In this document: in pieces, positions 1-11,315 of the stretch
How positions within the stretch are numbered: the stretch's first letter is position 1
Layout: each line of letters begins with the position of its first letter
Source: an uncultured bacterium
GTDB taxonomy: Bacteria > Actinomycetota > Acidimicrobiia > Spongiisociales > UBA5794
Assembly (NCBI GenBank): GCA_963801165.1
Contig: CAWDDT010000004.1
Location: 128,001 to 192,000 of the forward strand
Direction: 5' to 3'
Length of the DNA: 64,000 nucleotides
Notes under the pieces: generated by a model
The model's input: the letters and a program-made list of their open reading frames with translations, nothing else
Databases searched by the model: none
Told to the model about the DNA's origin: nothing
Position numbers and translations under genes: made by a program

Positions 1-1233
1 AAATTCGACGCAGACACCAATCCAGACGGCGTCCGTCAGGTGATCGCTGAGGTCGTGGACGAGTACAAGGCGACCGCTCACCGTGGGATCAACGAGCCGC
101 TCCGTGACCCGCATGATATGGAGCGGCGTATCTGGCAAGCCGTTGCCGGATACGGTCCGCTCACCGAGCTATTCGAGAACCGCAGTGTCGAGGAGATCTT
201 CATCGAGGGTCCCCGGATCTCCTACATCGACGACTCCGGTCGTCTCCAGTCGCACGTGGTGTCCACGACCGAGGCGGAGCTCCGGCAGGTGATCGACCGG
301 CTGCTCGCCGGCACCAACCGCCGTCTTGACAGCGCCAATGCCATCGAGCAGGCTCACGTTCTCGGTGGGACTGCTCGCCTCACCGCGGTGGTGCCCCCGG
401 TCTCGGCCCGGCTCTCGGCGACGATCCGCAAGTACACGGTGGCCGACGAGACGCTGGGGTCGATGGTCCGCCTCGGTGCGGTCAGCTCGCCAGCCGCCGC
501 ATTCTTGTGGGCCACTGCCCAGGCCAAGACCTCGGTTCTGTATTCGGGTGCGACCGGTGCCGGCAAGACGACCCTGATGAGCGCCTGGTTGCGTGCCGTT
601 CCCAACGATCAGTGCATCCGCATCGTCGAGGAGGTTCGCGAGCTGCACATCCCACTGCCGCCGCATTCGAGCTACTACGAGGCCTCGCCGGCCACCATGC
701 AGGGCGACCGACGTTTCGATCTGCGCGATCTGGTCAAGGTCTGTCTGGCACAGCGGGTCGATCTGCTCTGCGTGGGTGAGGTGAGGGGGGCCGAGTCGTT
801 CGAGCTGACGAGGGCCGTCAACGCCGGCTGCGGCTTCACCTGCACGGTCCACTCGAACTCGGCCCGGGATGCCCTGGCGGCGATTGTCAACGCCGCCATC
901 ATGGCCGGCGAGAACGTCACCGAGCAGATCGTGCGACGAGTATTCGCCAGCTCGATCGACTTCGTGGTCCATCTCGATCGTGACACGCGACCCCGCGATG
1001 ACGCCACGGACGGGATACGCCGACAGGTGCGGGAGGTCCTTGCCGTCACCCCATCGCTGGCTTCGGACGATTTCACCACCGAGCCCATCTTCGTGAGACC
1101 GAACCTCGGTGAGCCGATGCGCTGGACGGGCAGTTACCCACCCGAGGAGGTTGTTGAGCGGATCGACCGGGCGTTGCCCCGGGACGCGTCGGTGAAGCGC
1201 ATCCTCCACGGTGACTGGAGCCCTGATCTATGA
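1..1233 (+). CDS. tadA: TadA/CpaF pilus assembly ATPase (open at the left edge)
   Basis: Walker A GATGAGKTT, VGEVRG, TVHSNS; frame open from base 1; followed by tadB/C-like genes. Confidence 0.9.
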   Translation, partial: KFDADTNPDGVRQVIAEVVDEYKATAHRGINEPLRDPHDMERRIWQAVAGYGPLTELFENRSVEEIFIEGPRISYIDDSGRLQSHVVSTTEAELRQVIDRLLAGTNRRLDSANAIEQAHVLGGTARLTAVVPPVSARLSATIRKYTVADETLGSMVRLGAVSSPAAAFLWATAQAKTSVLYSGATGAGKTTLMSAWLRAVPNDQCIRIVEEVRELHIPLPPHSSYYEASPATMQGDRRFDLRDLVKVCLAQRVDLLCVGEVRGAESFELTRAVNAGCGFTCTVHSNSARDALAAIVNAAIMAGENVTEQIVRRVFASSIDFVVHLDRDTRPRDDATDGIRRQVREVLAVTPSLASDDFTTEPIFVRPNLGEPMRWTGSYPPEEVVERIDRALPRDASVKRILHGDWSPDL

Positions 1234-2120
1234 GGCTGCTGGGTGCGCTGATGACGGCTGTGTTCATCTATCTACTGGTGGGCTTTGTCACCGGCAATGC
1301 GCCTGAGATCGGCACCAGAGTGAAGACAAAGCCGAAGACGTCGCGCCGGCAGTCGTGGCTGATCCAGGCTGGGTCCGATCTGAGCCCACGCCAATTCTGG
1401 GCGGGCTCGGCGCTCACCGGTTTGGTCGGGTTGCTGCTGCTGTGGTCGATCGCAGGCAGCTGGTGGGTTGCGCTCATTCCGTCGATGGCCATCGCCTCGC
1501 TGCCCTACGGGTACTTCTCCCGGCAGCGGACAAACCGCCTGGCGGCCGTGCAGAAGGCGTGGCCGGATGGGCTGCGGGAGGTGCTCGCCCACGTGAACTC
1601 CGGGGCGACGCTGGGGGCGGCCATCGAGGCGCTGGCGAAACGCGGGCCGGCCGCTCTCCGTGAAGCGTTTGCTCGCTTTCCGTCCCAGGCGAGGATGTTC
1701 GGGGTCGTCCCCGCGCTGGAGATCGTCAAGGAGGAGCTGTCCGATCCGGCCTCGGACAAGGTCGTCGAGGTGCTGATCCTCGCACACCAGTTTGGCGGCG
1801 ACAGCCTCCAGATCGTCCTACGAGACCTGATCGATACGATGACCGCCGATGAGCTGACCGCCGAGCAGATCCGCACTGCCGGGTTCGAGCAGCGTCTCGA
1901 GGGCTTAGTCGTCGCCATTGCTCCGTGGGTGATCCTGCTCTTTCTCGCCACCGTGCCGCCGACCTATCGCGAGTTCTACCGCAGCCCCACCGGGCGGTTC
2001 GTTGTCATCATCGCCGGCATCTGGGCTGTATTCGGTTGGGTGCTGATGAGGATCGTCTCGAGAACCCCGCAAGAGGTTCGGGTCTTTGGTGGTGGCTCCA
2101 CCGGGGGAGGCCCACAATGA
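1230..2120 (+). CDS. tadB: TadB-like T2SS-F membrane protein
   Basis: TM pairs flanking a WPDGL..SGATL T2SSF-like domain; 4-bp overlap with tadA. Confidence 0.8.
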   Translation: MRLLGALMTAVFIYLLVGFVTGNAPEIGTRVKTKPKTSRRQSWLIQAGSDLSPRQFWAGSALTGLVGLLLLWSIAGSWWVALIPSMAIASLPYGYFSRQRTNRLAAVQKAWPDGLREVLAHVNSGATLGAAIEALAKRGPAALREAFARFPSQARMFGVVPALEIVKEELSDPASDKVVEVLILAHQFGGDSLQIVLRDLIDTMTADELTAEQIRTAGFEQRLEGLVVAIAPWVILLFLATVPPTYREFYRSPTGRFVVIIAGIWAVFGWVLMRIVSRTPQEVRVFGGGSTGGGPQ

Positions 2121-3076
2121 GGCTGTCGTTTGTCGAGCTCGTCGCCCTCGGCTCATCGATAGCGTTCGCTGTCGCGGTGGCCTGGGCAGTCGTGCGCCCC
2201 TATCGAAGTCTGGCGGGTCGGGTGCGTCCGTATGCGACGGTGGCCAGAGTGCGGCTGACCAGAGCGGCCGATGTCGGGGGGCTGGCGCAGTCGGGCCCCA
2301 CCTTCGGTGATGCCACCATCAAGCGCCTCTTCGGACCGATCCTCGACCGTATCGTCGATGTCTTCGGCAGGCTCGTCGCCACCTCCGGCACCGAGCGGCT
2401 TGCGGTTCGGCTCCGTCAGGGTGGTCTCTACCCGGATCTGCCCGGGCCGCAGCGGGTACAAGAATTCCGGGTTCGCTCGCTGGTGTGGTCGTTGGGCTGG
2501 GCAGCCGGTCTCGGGGCGCTCGGTCTGGTGCTGTCGGGTCCGCTGTTCATGGTTGTGTTCGCTGTGCTCGGTTTTGTGTATGGCGTGCTCAGCTCCCGGG
2601 CCCGGATCGACAAGGCGGTCACCGAGCGCAGCGAGCGTCTCCGCGGTGAGTTGTACACGATCAACCAGCTCATCGCGATGCGAACCCGGGTCGGGGGCGG
2701 TGTTGTGGATGCGATCCGGCACGTCGTCATCAGAGGCAGCGGTGCGCTCATCGACGAGCTGGCGGAGGTGCTCCGGCTCCACGAGAGCGGCGTGTCGTTG
2801 GCAGATGCCCTGAACCGGGCGGCCGAGCTCACCCCGGAGCCGGAAGCGGCCCGCACCTACGCGGTGCTGGCCACCGCCCAGGAACGAGGTGCCGACCTGG
2901 GGGAGGCATTGCTCGATCTGAGCAAGGACCTGCGTGCGGCACGGCGGGAGGAGCTGCAGCGCAACGCCTCGAAGCGGCGCCTGCTGATGGTGATACCGAT
3001 CGTCGTCGTCCTGGCGCCGATCGTCCTGTTGTTTATTGCCGGTCCGATACCGCAAATCATCTTTGGTGGAAAGTGA
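2117..3076 (+). CDS. tadC: TadC-like T2SS-F membrane protein
   Basis: ATGA overlap at 2117; T2SSF-like domain (AQERGADLGEAL) and C-terminal TM. Confidence 0.8.
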   Translation: MRLSFVELVALGSSIAFAVAVAWAVVRPYRSLAGRVRPYATVARVRLTRAADVGGLAQSGPTFGDATIKRLFGPILDRIVDVFGRLVATSGTERLAVRLRQGGLYPDLPGPQRVQEFRVRSLVWSLGWAAGLGALGLVLSGPLFMVVFAVLGFVYGVLSSRARIDKAVTERSERLRGELYTINQLIAMRTRVGGGVVDAIRHVVIRGSGALIDELAEVLRLHESGVSLADALNRAAELTPEPEAARTYAVLATAQERGADLGEALLDLSKDLRAARREELQRNASKRRLLMVIPIVVVLAPIVLLFIAGPIPQIIFGGK

Positions 3077-3098
3077 AACCTGAAAAGGGGAGGAAGGA

Positions 3099-3290
3099 AT
3101 GAGCATGTTGTGGATGTACCTGCGGGGTGCCGTCGGAGAGCTACGCGGTGATGAGACCGGTGCGGTCGAGAGCGCGCAGATCTTCGCCTGGATCGTCGTC
3201 ACCGTCATCGCCATCATGGCGCTGGGGGCGATGATGCAGGCGTTGGGCGTCGACGTCATCAACTGGGTCCGCGACCAGATCGGCATCTAG
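3099..3290 (+). CDS. Flp-like pilin
   Basis: 63 aa, DETG followed by a hydrophobic helix, strong RBS, tad context. Confidence 0.65.
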   Translation: MSMLWMYLRGAVGELRGDETGAVESAQIFAWIVVTVIAIMALGAMMQALGVDVINWVRDQIGI

Positions 3291-3298
3291 GGACCGCC

Positions 3299-3697
3299 AT
3301 GTTCCGGGGAGCGCTGGTTCGGCTGCGGAGCGATGAGCATGGTCTGACTTCGGTCGGCATCCTGCTTGCGGTCTCGTTCACCCTCATCGTCGCCGTCATC
3401 GTGGTCAACCTCTACCTCTACCTGTACGGGCAGGGGGCCGCCCGCGCCGCGATCGACGAGGGGGTCAGGGCGGGGTCGCGAGTGGCCGCCGGTGTCGATG
3501 CCTGTCAGGACCGCGCCGCCGAGGTGCTCAACAGCCTCATGCCGGGTCCGCTCGGTGATGGGGTCGTCGTTTCGTGTGCGGGTGCGGGTGACCAACTGGT
3601 GGCGGTGGCGAACGTGACTCTCGACAGCCCGCTCCCAGGTGTCCCGTCGTGGTCGTTCCGCATGGAAGCTCGGGCCGTCCAGGAGACGGGCGAATGA
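3299..3697 (+). CDS. TadE-like pseudopilin
   Basis: DEHG + TM + AAIDEGVRAGS. Confidence 0.7.
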   Translation: MFRGALVRLRSDEHGLTSVGILLAVSFTLIVAVIVVNLYLYLYGQGAARAAIDEGVRAGSRVAAGVDACQDRAAEVLNSLMPGPLGDGVVVSCAGAGDQLVAVANVTLDSPLPGVPSWSFRMEARAVQETGE

Positions 3698-4143
3698 AAC
3701 GTCTTCTCGCACGGCTCCGCACCGAGCAGACCGGTGCCGCCTACGCCGCTATCGAGATGGTGCTGGTGCTCGGGATCATCCTCTTGCCGTTGCTGGCCGG
3801 CCTCGCCCAGCTGCCCAGGTGGGTGGATGCCAGGTCGACGGCCGATCTGGCTGCCCAGGAAGCGGCCCGGGAGATGGTGCTCGCCGACAGCTACGAGGAG
3901 GGGTTCGCCGCCGCCGAGACGGTGGCGGCAACGATCGTCGGCAACCGGGGGTTGGATGTCGGGGCAATCGTGGGCCTCCAATTCGAGGGTGTGCTGGCTC
4001 GCGGTGAGACGGTAACTGCGACGGTGACCCTTCGGGTGCCACCGGTGATCCTTCCGGGCGTGGGAGCGGTGGGTGGCGATATCAGCGTCTCTCGCTCGGC
4101 GACCGAGCGTGTCGACGACTACCGGCAGTTCGGCGCTCCGTAG
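3694..4143 (+). CDS. TadE/TadG-like pseudopilin
   Basis: EQTG..IE + TM + AAQEAAR; ATGA overlap. Confidence 0.7.
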   Translation: MKRLLARLRTEQTGAAYAAIEMVLVLGIILLPLLAGLAQLPRWVDARSTADLAAQEAAREMVLADSYEEGFAAAETVAATIVGNRGLDVGAIVGLQFEGVLARGETVTATVTLRVPPVILPGVGAVGGDISVSRSATERVDDYRQFGAP

Positions 4144-4179
4144 AGCGCTGTCACCGTCCGGTAGCCGCCGCAGCCCTAT

Positions 4180-5763
4180 TCAGTTGTTGGGGATGTTGCG
4201 TTCGCGGAACCCGACGAATGCCGCAGCCAGCAGTGCGCAGGCAATCACCGTCATGACGGCCAGCGACATGGCAGGCACGGTGCCGACGGGTGGGTTGCCA
4301 ACGTGGGTCGTCGGGGACAGATCGAGAACCCAGTGCGACAGCTTGAGACCGGGACCGAGGAAAGCGATGAAGGTCGCCACCGCGTAGTACCCCCACGAGA
4401 CTGCGAACAGCCGCGGGAACATCCCGAACAGCATCAGCGCTAGACCGGCGAAGATCAACTCGGCGGGGAGATAGGCGATGCCGGCACGTAGCAGCGTTGC
4501 CACCTGCCCCGAATCGCCCATCGAGATCGCCGAGGCGAGGCCGAACGAGACGGACGAGACGACAACGATGATGACCAGACCCGAGAGGATCACTGCGGCG
4601 TGCGCCGCCAGCCATTGAACCCGGGACAGGGTGCCCGCGAGTCTCGACTCGAGACGTTGTTCACTCTCCTCACGGCTCAGAATCCCTATAGCTTGAACCA
4701 CGTAGCCCATGGCGGTGATGGCGAGATATACCTGGACGATGGCGATGAACCCGTCAGCGAGATTGCCACCACCGGCGCCCATGGCGTCTGCCATCCCCGG
4801 GTTGCCCTGCAGGGCGTCAATCACCTGCTGCGACAGGGCGCCCATCATCACCCCGAGCACGACGGACCCGGCGAGCCAGCCGAGCATCGACGTCCGGTGC
4901 AGCCAGACGGCGAAGCCGAGAGGGCTACGGAGCCGTTGCGACGCTCGTGGTGATCCCGCACCGGCGCTGATCATCGCACTGCCGAGGTCACGACGACCGG
5001 CGAGATGAACGGCAAGCGCGGCGAGGGCTCCGCCAACAACGAGCGGGATGAGCAACACCCACCAGCGCTGGTCGCCCGTCGGCGCGGTTTTCTCCTGCCA
5101 ACCGAGCGGGGACAGCCAGGTGAGCCAGGTCCCGGTGGCATCGCCGATGCCCCGGATCACGTACGAGACCAGCAACACGCCGAATCCACCGAAGTAGACC
5201 CCGCGTGAGTGCAGGGTTATCTGGGCAATGAGGGCTGAGATCCCGACGAAGACGAACGCCAGGCCTCCCAGCGAAGCGGCATAGAGGATCGACGCGGCAA
5301 CCGGGACCCCGGATGCGGCAACCGATGCGGCAAATGCAACGACCAGCACCGCGATGACGCCGGTGGCGATGAGCAGCGCCGACACCAGGGGGGACCGCCG
5401 TCCGATGCGGCCCGACAGCAGCAACTCGAGACGCCCCGCTTCTTCCTCACGTCGAGTGGAGCGGGCGATCAGAGAGATGCCGAGCAGTGGGAGCAGGAAC
5501 GCCGCCAGGAAGGCGAACTCGTCCTGGATGATCCCACCGAGGCTGTCGATGCCTTCCACCTTGCCGTTGATCGCATAGAGCGATCCACCGGAGACGGCGG
5601 CGCCGTACGAGTGGATCTTGGCGGGCGTGTTGTACAGCGGCACGATCGCCGCCGCGGTTGACGCCAGCGACGCCACCAATGCCACTACCCAGGTGATGAG
5701 ACCCTTCCAGCGGGTTTTCCACTGGATTCCCATCATGGTGTTTAGACCATCGGCACTCATCAT
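4180..5763 (-). CDS. ABC-2 exporter permease (tetronasin/polyketide-exporter type)
   Basis: Duplicated multi-TM halves with EEEAGRLELLLS / EESEQRLESRLAG. Confidence 0.85.
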   Translation of the reverse strand: MMSADGLNTMMGIQWKTRWKGLITWVVALVASLASTAAAIVPLYNTPAKIHSYGAAVSGGSLYAINGKVEGIDSLGGIIQDEFAFLAAFLLPLLGISLIARSTRREEEAGRLELLLSGRIGRRSPLVSALLIATGVIAVLVVAFAASVAASGVPVAASILYAASLGGLAFVFVGISALIAQITLHSRGVYFGGFGVLLVSYVIRGIGDATGTWLTWLSPLGWQEKTAPTGDQRWWVLLIPLVVGGALAALAVHLAGRRDLGSAMISAGAGSPRASQRLRSPLGFAVWLHRTSMLGWLAGSVVLGVMMGALSQQVIDALQGNPGMADAMGAGGGNLADGFIAIVQVYLAITAMGYVVQAIGILSREESEQRLESRLAGTLSRVQWLAAHAAVILSGLVIIVVVSSVSFGLASAISMGDSGQVATLLRAGIAYLPAELIFAGLALMLFGMFPRLFAVSWGYYAVATFIAFLGPGLKLSHWVLDLSPTTHVGNPPVGTVPAMSLAVMTVIACALLAAAFVGFRERNIPNN

Positions 5764-6726
5764 TGCCGCCTCGCTGTGGCCGGTTCCCCGGCGTTGGCCG
5801 CCGCGGTCTCCAGCTGCTGGACATCCTCGTCGTAGCTACGCAGGAACAACGTATCGAGGCTCGGTGGATTGACCGTAAGGGTGTGGATGCTCGCTGCGTG
5901 CAGACGGCCGACGACATCGTCGAGGTGATCGGGGTCGACGGTGAAGCGGGAATCCACGATCCCGTCGAGCCGCGTCGCGGTGTAGTCGACGACTCCCGGA
6001 GCGTCGGCCAATACCCGCCGGCTCTTCGACCGTGACCGCGTGGACCGAAGTCCGCGTGTGGCGACGTAGCTCGGCCAGGGTGCCGGTCTGGATCCGTCTT
6101 CCCTTGCGGATGATGGTCACCCGATCGGCGAGGGCTTCTACTTCTCCGAGGATGTGGCTGGAGAGAAGCACCGTGATGCCTTCCTTGCGCCGCTCTCTGA
6201 CGACCTCCTGGAACGCCTGTTCCATCAGCGGGTCGAGGCCGCTCGTGGGCTCGTCGAGAACGAGCAGGTCGACATCTGTCGACAGCCCCGCCACGAGCGC
6301 GACCTTCTGCCTGTTGCCCTTCGAGTAGTCACGCGACCGTTTCGTCGGGTCGAGATCGAATCGCTCGATGAGCTCAGCACGGCGTTGTTCGTTGGCCCCA
6401 CCGTGGGTGGCGGTGAATATGTCCAGACACTGCCCGCCGGTGAGCCCTGGCCACAGCGCCACGTCGCCGGGAACATATGCGAGGCGTTTGTGTAGGTGGG
6501 CCGCCGCCTGCCAGGGATCGTCTCCGAACAGCTCGATCCGGCCGGCGTCGGCCTTCATCAAACCGAGCAGAACCCGGATGGTGGTCGACTTCCCGGCACC
6601 GTTTGGTCCCAGGAACCCGTGGACCTCGCCGGGGTTCACCTCGAGTTCGAATCCGTCGAGGGCCCGCACGGGGCCGAAGGTCTTCACCAGACCTTCTACT
6701 TCGATGATGGTCTTCGTCTCGCTCAT
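5760..6726 (-). CDS. ABC exporter ATP-binding protein, frameshifted near 6010-6030
   Basis: GPNGAGKST, YSKGNRQK, LDEPTSGLDP; natural C-terminus (PPSLDTLFLRSY) is in ORF 5760..6011. Confidence 0.85.
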
Positions 6727-7376
6727 TCTTGCTCCTCATTCATTTGCATGGGGACTTGGAAAGTCCCCTCGGTGTACATGAGAACGGCCTCGTTGACGTA
6801 CGCAACCGCGCCTTCCTTCGAGAGGGGGTCGAGTCCGGTGACCTCCTCGAGGTAGGGGCGAAGCATGATGAGGCCGAGGTCGTTCGAAAGCAGGATCGCG
6901 GCTCGAACCGCCGGGTTGGCGCCGGGCCTGGCGACGCCGGCGGCTATCAATTCGTCCATGACGGCGACACTGTCGGCATACCAGCGTTGGAACAGATCGC
7001 GAGCCGCCTGGTCTCCGGTCAGCAGGAGACGTCGGAGGTATGCCGGTAGCGGCGAGTCCGGAGGAAACCCGGCGGCGAGGGCTTCGACGAGGCTGGTCGA
7101 TCCAGCGTCGGTCACAGACTCGCTCAGCTCGTCGGCGAGTACGTCGAGCATCGCCTCGAAGATGCCGGCGACCTGAGCATCGATCGCCTCCCGCAGCCCG
7201 TCCTTGCTCCCGAAGTGGTGAAGGATGAGCGCGGGTGAGACGTCGGCGGCGGCGGCGATCTCTCTCACGGTGACCGCATCGGGCCCCGATTCGGCAAACA
7301 GTCGTAGGGCGGCGTCGCGTATCGCCGCCTTGCCGCTTGGATCCGCTTCTTTGTTGACTGAACGCATGTTCAGCAC
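6723..7376 (-). CDS. TetR family regulator
   Basis: IRDAALRLFAE..VREIAAAADVSPALILHHFGSKDGL; start uncertain (VLNMRS). Confidence 0.9.
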   Translation of the reverse strand: MLNMRSVNKEADPSGKAAIRDAALRLFAESGPDAVTVREIAAAADVSPALILHHFGSKDGLREAIDAQVAGIFEAMLDVLADELSESVTDAGSTSLVEALAAGFPPDSPLPAYLRRLLLTGDQAARDLFQRWYADSVAVMDELIAAGVARPGANPAVRAAILLSNDLGLIMLRPYLEEVTGLDPLSKEGAVAYVNEAVLMYTEGTFQVPMQMNEEQE

Positions 7377-7393
7377 ACTAAACGCGCGTTCAG
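7358..7393. promoter_or_regulatory. Two tandem palindromes over the tetR start (probable operator)
   Basis: CTGAACGCATGTTCAG (7358-7373) and CTAAACGCGCGTTCAG (7378-7393). Confidence 0.55.
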
Positions 7394-7522
7394 CAAACGT
7401 CAAGTAGGCATTTCCCGCTCGAAGCTCATAGGTTGTGTACGGTGTCGATCGTGGAGGACGGAGATGGCAGATGACAGGACGGATTCGCCGAGTTTGCTCG
7501 ACATGATGCGAAAGGTGTCCGC

Positions 7523-7921
7523 ATGACGGCGCCGGTGCTCTACCTGACCTTCCCCGGCAACGCCCGCGAGGCGCTCGAGTTCTATGCCGGCATCTTCGGC
7601 GGCGACCTTCAGCTCAACACCTATGCGGAGTTCTCCCGAACCGACGGTCCGGCCGATGCGATCGCTCACGGCGTGCTCAGCGGGGGACCGGTGGCGCTGT
7701 TCGGGTCGGACGCTGCTCCCGGCGAGGTACCGGTGCGTATCGAGGGGGCGATGTTGTCGCTGCTCGGGACCGCCGAGCCCGCCGTGCTTCATACATGGTT
7801 CGATCGGCTGGCCGTGGGCGGCACGATTGTCGACCCGCTGGCGCCCAAGCCGTGGGGAGCCTCAGACGGCCAGGTCGTCGACAAATACGGTCTGCACTGG
7901 CTAGTCGGCTACGAGCCCTGA
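7523..7921 (+). CDS. VOC/PhnB-like glyoxalase family protein
   Basis: YLTFPGNAREALEFY..FG, PWGA.DGQVVDKYGLHW. Confidence 0.9.
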   Translation: MTAPVLYLTFPGNAREALEFYAGIFGGDLQLNTYAEFSRTDGPADAIAHGVLSGGPVALFGSDAAPGEVPVRIEGAMLSLLGTAEPAVLHTWFDRLAVGGTIVDPLAPKPWGASDGQVVDKYGLHWLVGYEP

Positions 7922-7998
7922 CGGGATTGTCACACCCGGGTGTGAACATGACCAGGCGCGGTTCCTCCGGAGGATCCAGGAGGTGTACGGTGTCTGAC

Positions 7999-8294
7999 AT
8001 GGCAGCGACGACGATGCGACCGGGGGATCGGTTCCCGATGTCATGGGATGAGTAGTGGTTGAGATTCTGTCATCGGATCCCGCCCGCGACATCATCCGCA
8101 AGGCCGCCAAGTATGCGGCGGCCGGGGTGTCCCGGTATTGGATCATCGATCCGGATGGTCCGGAGGTCATCGTCTATGAGCTTGGTGGCGGGGTATTCGT
8201 CGAGCGAGGCCGCCACCGGTCGGGCACCACGGTCACCCTCGACGTCGGTCCGGCCGCGGTCACAGTCGATCCGGGCGATCTGGTGCGAGCGTAG
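7999..8294 (+). pseudogene. Uma2 family endonuclease with internal deletion
   Basis: MAATT..PMSWDE* joined directly to VVEILS..KYAAAGVSRYWIIDP; middle missing relative to the paralogue at 16062-16574. Confidence 0.75.
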
Positions 8295-8574
8295 GAGCTC
8301 ACCGCCAACTCAGTCGACCCACGGGCTGAGCAGCTACTTCCACTCCTCGATCGATGCGATCTGCGGCAAGCCGAGGTGAGCCACGGGTCGACGGGAGAGA
8401 CGGTCCCGGACAGTCGCCTTCGGCGCCGGGCAGGACGACAAATACGGTCCCACTCAGACAATCTATGACAAGCCGGGGCTATCGGTGGACTCGTTGCAGA
8501 ATCGAGATCCCAACCCGGTGCTGATGATTCCGCTCGATCGTTCCCAGCCCCACCTCTTGTAGCCTGAATCCGGC

Positions 8575-9824
8575 GTGGGAGCAATTGTGACGCATTCTCT
8601 TGGCAGAACCTCCTATTACGTGGTAGGCCTTGCGCTACTCACGATGATTACGAGCTGCACAGGGCACGCTCCAAGTGGGGAGAAGCCAGCCGATGCGGAC
8701 CTTCAGCCCGGCGACCTCGTATGGTCCACTGATTCGGATTGGCCCGGCGGCATTGCCGATCCTTCGCTTGTCACAGCATTGGCAACGACGGGTAGCCGGG
8801 CGGTTGTTGCTTTGGTCGGCCGATCAGGCGAGATGCGGGCGGCGGAGTCAAATGACGCCGGGTCCACCTGGGATGAAGTAGACATCGAGGCGGCGTGGAC
8901 GGGGCCCGTTGCCCGCGGCTTCTCATCGGACGGCGTTGCGTTCCTCGCCGGTCGCATTGGAAGCCGCGCTGCGCTGGTTGTTGTTCAGAATGCCGACCGC
9001 AATTGGGCGATCAGTTACCCCGACGGTCTGAGGCTCGAGCAGTCTGTGGCCCGGACAGCGTTTGCTGTGCGGGAGTCGTTTCTCGTCGCTGGGACGACGC
9101 GGAGGAGAGGGAGAAGAGCGGCCCGTTGTGTGGCGTTCCGAAGATAGTGGCGGGGCCTGGCACGCAACAGAACTCCCGATCGAGGACGGCTCAATCGCTC
9201 AAGTCAGGGCAGTCGCAGTCAACGAGCACGTCACCGTCGTGGGCGGCTCTATCGCGCATCCGGACGCCGCCTTATACGAAGACGGCACCGTTAGGAAGCC
9301 AGTTGTCTGGATCTCAGCCGACGACGGGGCGCATTGGAAGGAGGTTCACCTGGATTCTCTCGATGCTCCCGATGCCAGCGTTACCGCGATTGCGGTGGGC
9401 GACAATACGTTTCACGCTATTGGAGTGCTCACCGATCGTGCCTGGGGACTCGGTGGACAAGGCCTTGATAACTCTCAGGATCTAGCAGAGTGGAGACCAT
9501 CGCCAGGTGATGTCTTAGCTGGACTGTTTCGACGCCACGGAGCCTGGCGCTCAGACCCCTTACGCGATGGTGGCCAATACCTCGAACGTCTACGTTGTTG
9601 GTACCAGTAGCGAGGAATCAGCTGGGTATCGCCGTCCGGTGGTCTGGGAAAGCGATGACACTGGTCTGGTACGCCGAAAGGAGTTCTCTTCGCTCGAAGG
9701 AGATGTCTCAGGCATTGCAGGAGCAGTGCGCATCGGTGATCGATGGCTTGTGGCCGGGACGTGGTATCTGGGTGGCGACGTAGTGAGCGGGCGGGCAAAC
9801 TGGCTCCTCATTGGACAGGGGTAG
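8575..9824 (+). CDS. Lipoprotein with BNR/Asp-box repeats, split over three frames
   Basis: Lipobox ITSC; SNDAGSTW, SEDSGGAW, SADDGAHW, SDDTG in ORFs 8575, 9062 and 9567. Confidence 0.6.
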
Positions 9825-9849
9825 GGAAGGATTGTTGGGGTGCTGATCT

Positions 9850-10554
9850 GTGAAGCAGAGCATTGACCTATTGTTCCTGACCGGGCAAGCGATCGACCGG
9901 CTGACCGACGCAATAGTTGACGTGACATTGACTGTCAGGGGAGCTGGTGGCACGATCGCCCAGGTACAGAAGCAGGCAGTAAGCTGAGAGCTATCAGCGA
10001 TCGTCGCTATCGGTGACCTTGACGATCCACCGACACCGGGCGATTTGCGGGTCTGGAGTACGGTAGGATTGTTCTTGGAAAGGTAATTGCTCAGATTCCA
10101 GACGGCCTTCGATAGGGCTAGCGCTGTGCTTAGATTTCGCAGTTTCGCTGTTGCGATTCTGTGCGGTGTTGTCCAAGCTGGGTTAGCGGTGTACTCCATC
10201 GAGCTCGGACCCGATAACGCGTATGGTCCTGGTGGCGCCTGGCTGATTCTGTCGGGGATGGTGTGTACGCTCGTCGCTGCGGAATGGGTAGTACTTGCCG
10301 TCGTCGGCGCTCTCATCTCCTATCGGTATCGATCCGGTCCAGCGTGGTTGCGGAACACCGCAGTAGCTGCGGCTTCGGTTCTATTGGCGTTGCCCGGGAT
10401 CAACGTTGCGGTAGCGTACGTTGAAGCGCCGCTCTGGGCTGTGTTGGCCGGGGCGATGTCATTTGCGATGTGGGCGTGGGCAACTCTCCGATCCGGGCGG
10501 CTGTCACATGACTTCACATTGCTTCCGAACAGGAGCGGCATCTCTACTCCATGA
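9850..10554 (+). pseudogene. Membrane protein; upstream part of the frame interrupted by stops
   Basis: 4-TM ORF 10087..10554; same frame continues upstream through TGA and TAA. Confidence 0.35.
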
Positions 10555-11315
10555 GTCTGCCACAAAATAGGAGGCTGGTTCCCCGATCGAAGTGAATTGT
10601 GCCGGCGGACGCTGTCGCAGCTCGCCCGACGGGGCTGGAGGCTTGTTCGCGATCCACGCTCGTGTTGCGGCAAAGCCCGCTAGCGCCTCCGCCGAGGAGA
10701 AGGATTTCTTCTCTGTCCTGGCTCGGTATCTCGGATGTGGTTTTGGGACTATTGACGTGATGACAGCAGCTGGACGGTTTCGCACGGATGCTCATCCCGG
10801 TAGCTAGTCTCCTCGATCGCCTCGATTGCAGCGACTGGTCGACCGTGACTGTGGCGCTCCTGAAGCGCGACACCAAACCGAGCCGCGTCGCGATCAGCCA
10901 GTGTTGGGGGCGGACACCGGCTAGGTCCCAAGAGGTAGAACAGGAGCGGCCACCCCATTGTGGGTCAACTCAGACTCCGTCGTCCGTTCTACACGGCGGC
11001 GACGTCGACGTTGAGTAGGGCGGTCAGGATGTTGTGGTGTTCCGGGGCGATTGGGACACCCAGGGCCACCGTTGACATCGGGATTCGGACGGCTACCACA
11101 GACGAAGTTGGACCGATTGGGCACAATCTCTCGGGCTCGACTGACTCCGGCTCGGTCGAAGTTGTTGGCCCGGGGATGGAGGCTATGTTGAGAGTGGAGC
11201 CAAGGTCGATGGATCGGGGTGGAACGGTTTTGGCGTGTCTCTGAGTGCGCCGGGTGTCCACGTGCGGCTTTCTGCTTCATGGGATGTTCGGGACCTCAGA
11301 TTCTGGAAGTGAGGT

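Noticed and set aside
169-1209. Long antisense ORFs here and throughout the window
   Set aside because: Expected shadows of high-GC coding sequence; no recognisable motifs
7930-7945. Perfect palindrome TCACACCCGGGTGTGA
   Set aside because: Single occurrence; no function can be supported
9985-9987. In-frame TGA as selenocysteine
   Set aside because: No redox motif or evident SECIS, and a TAA follows in the same frame
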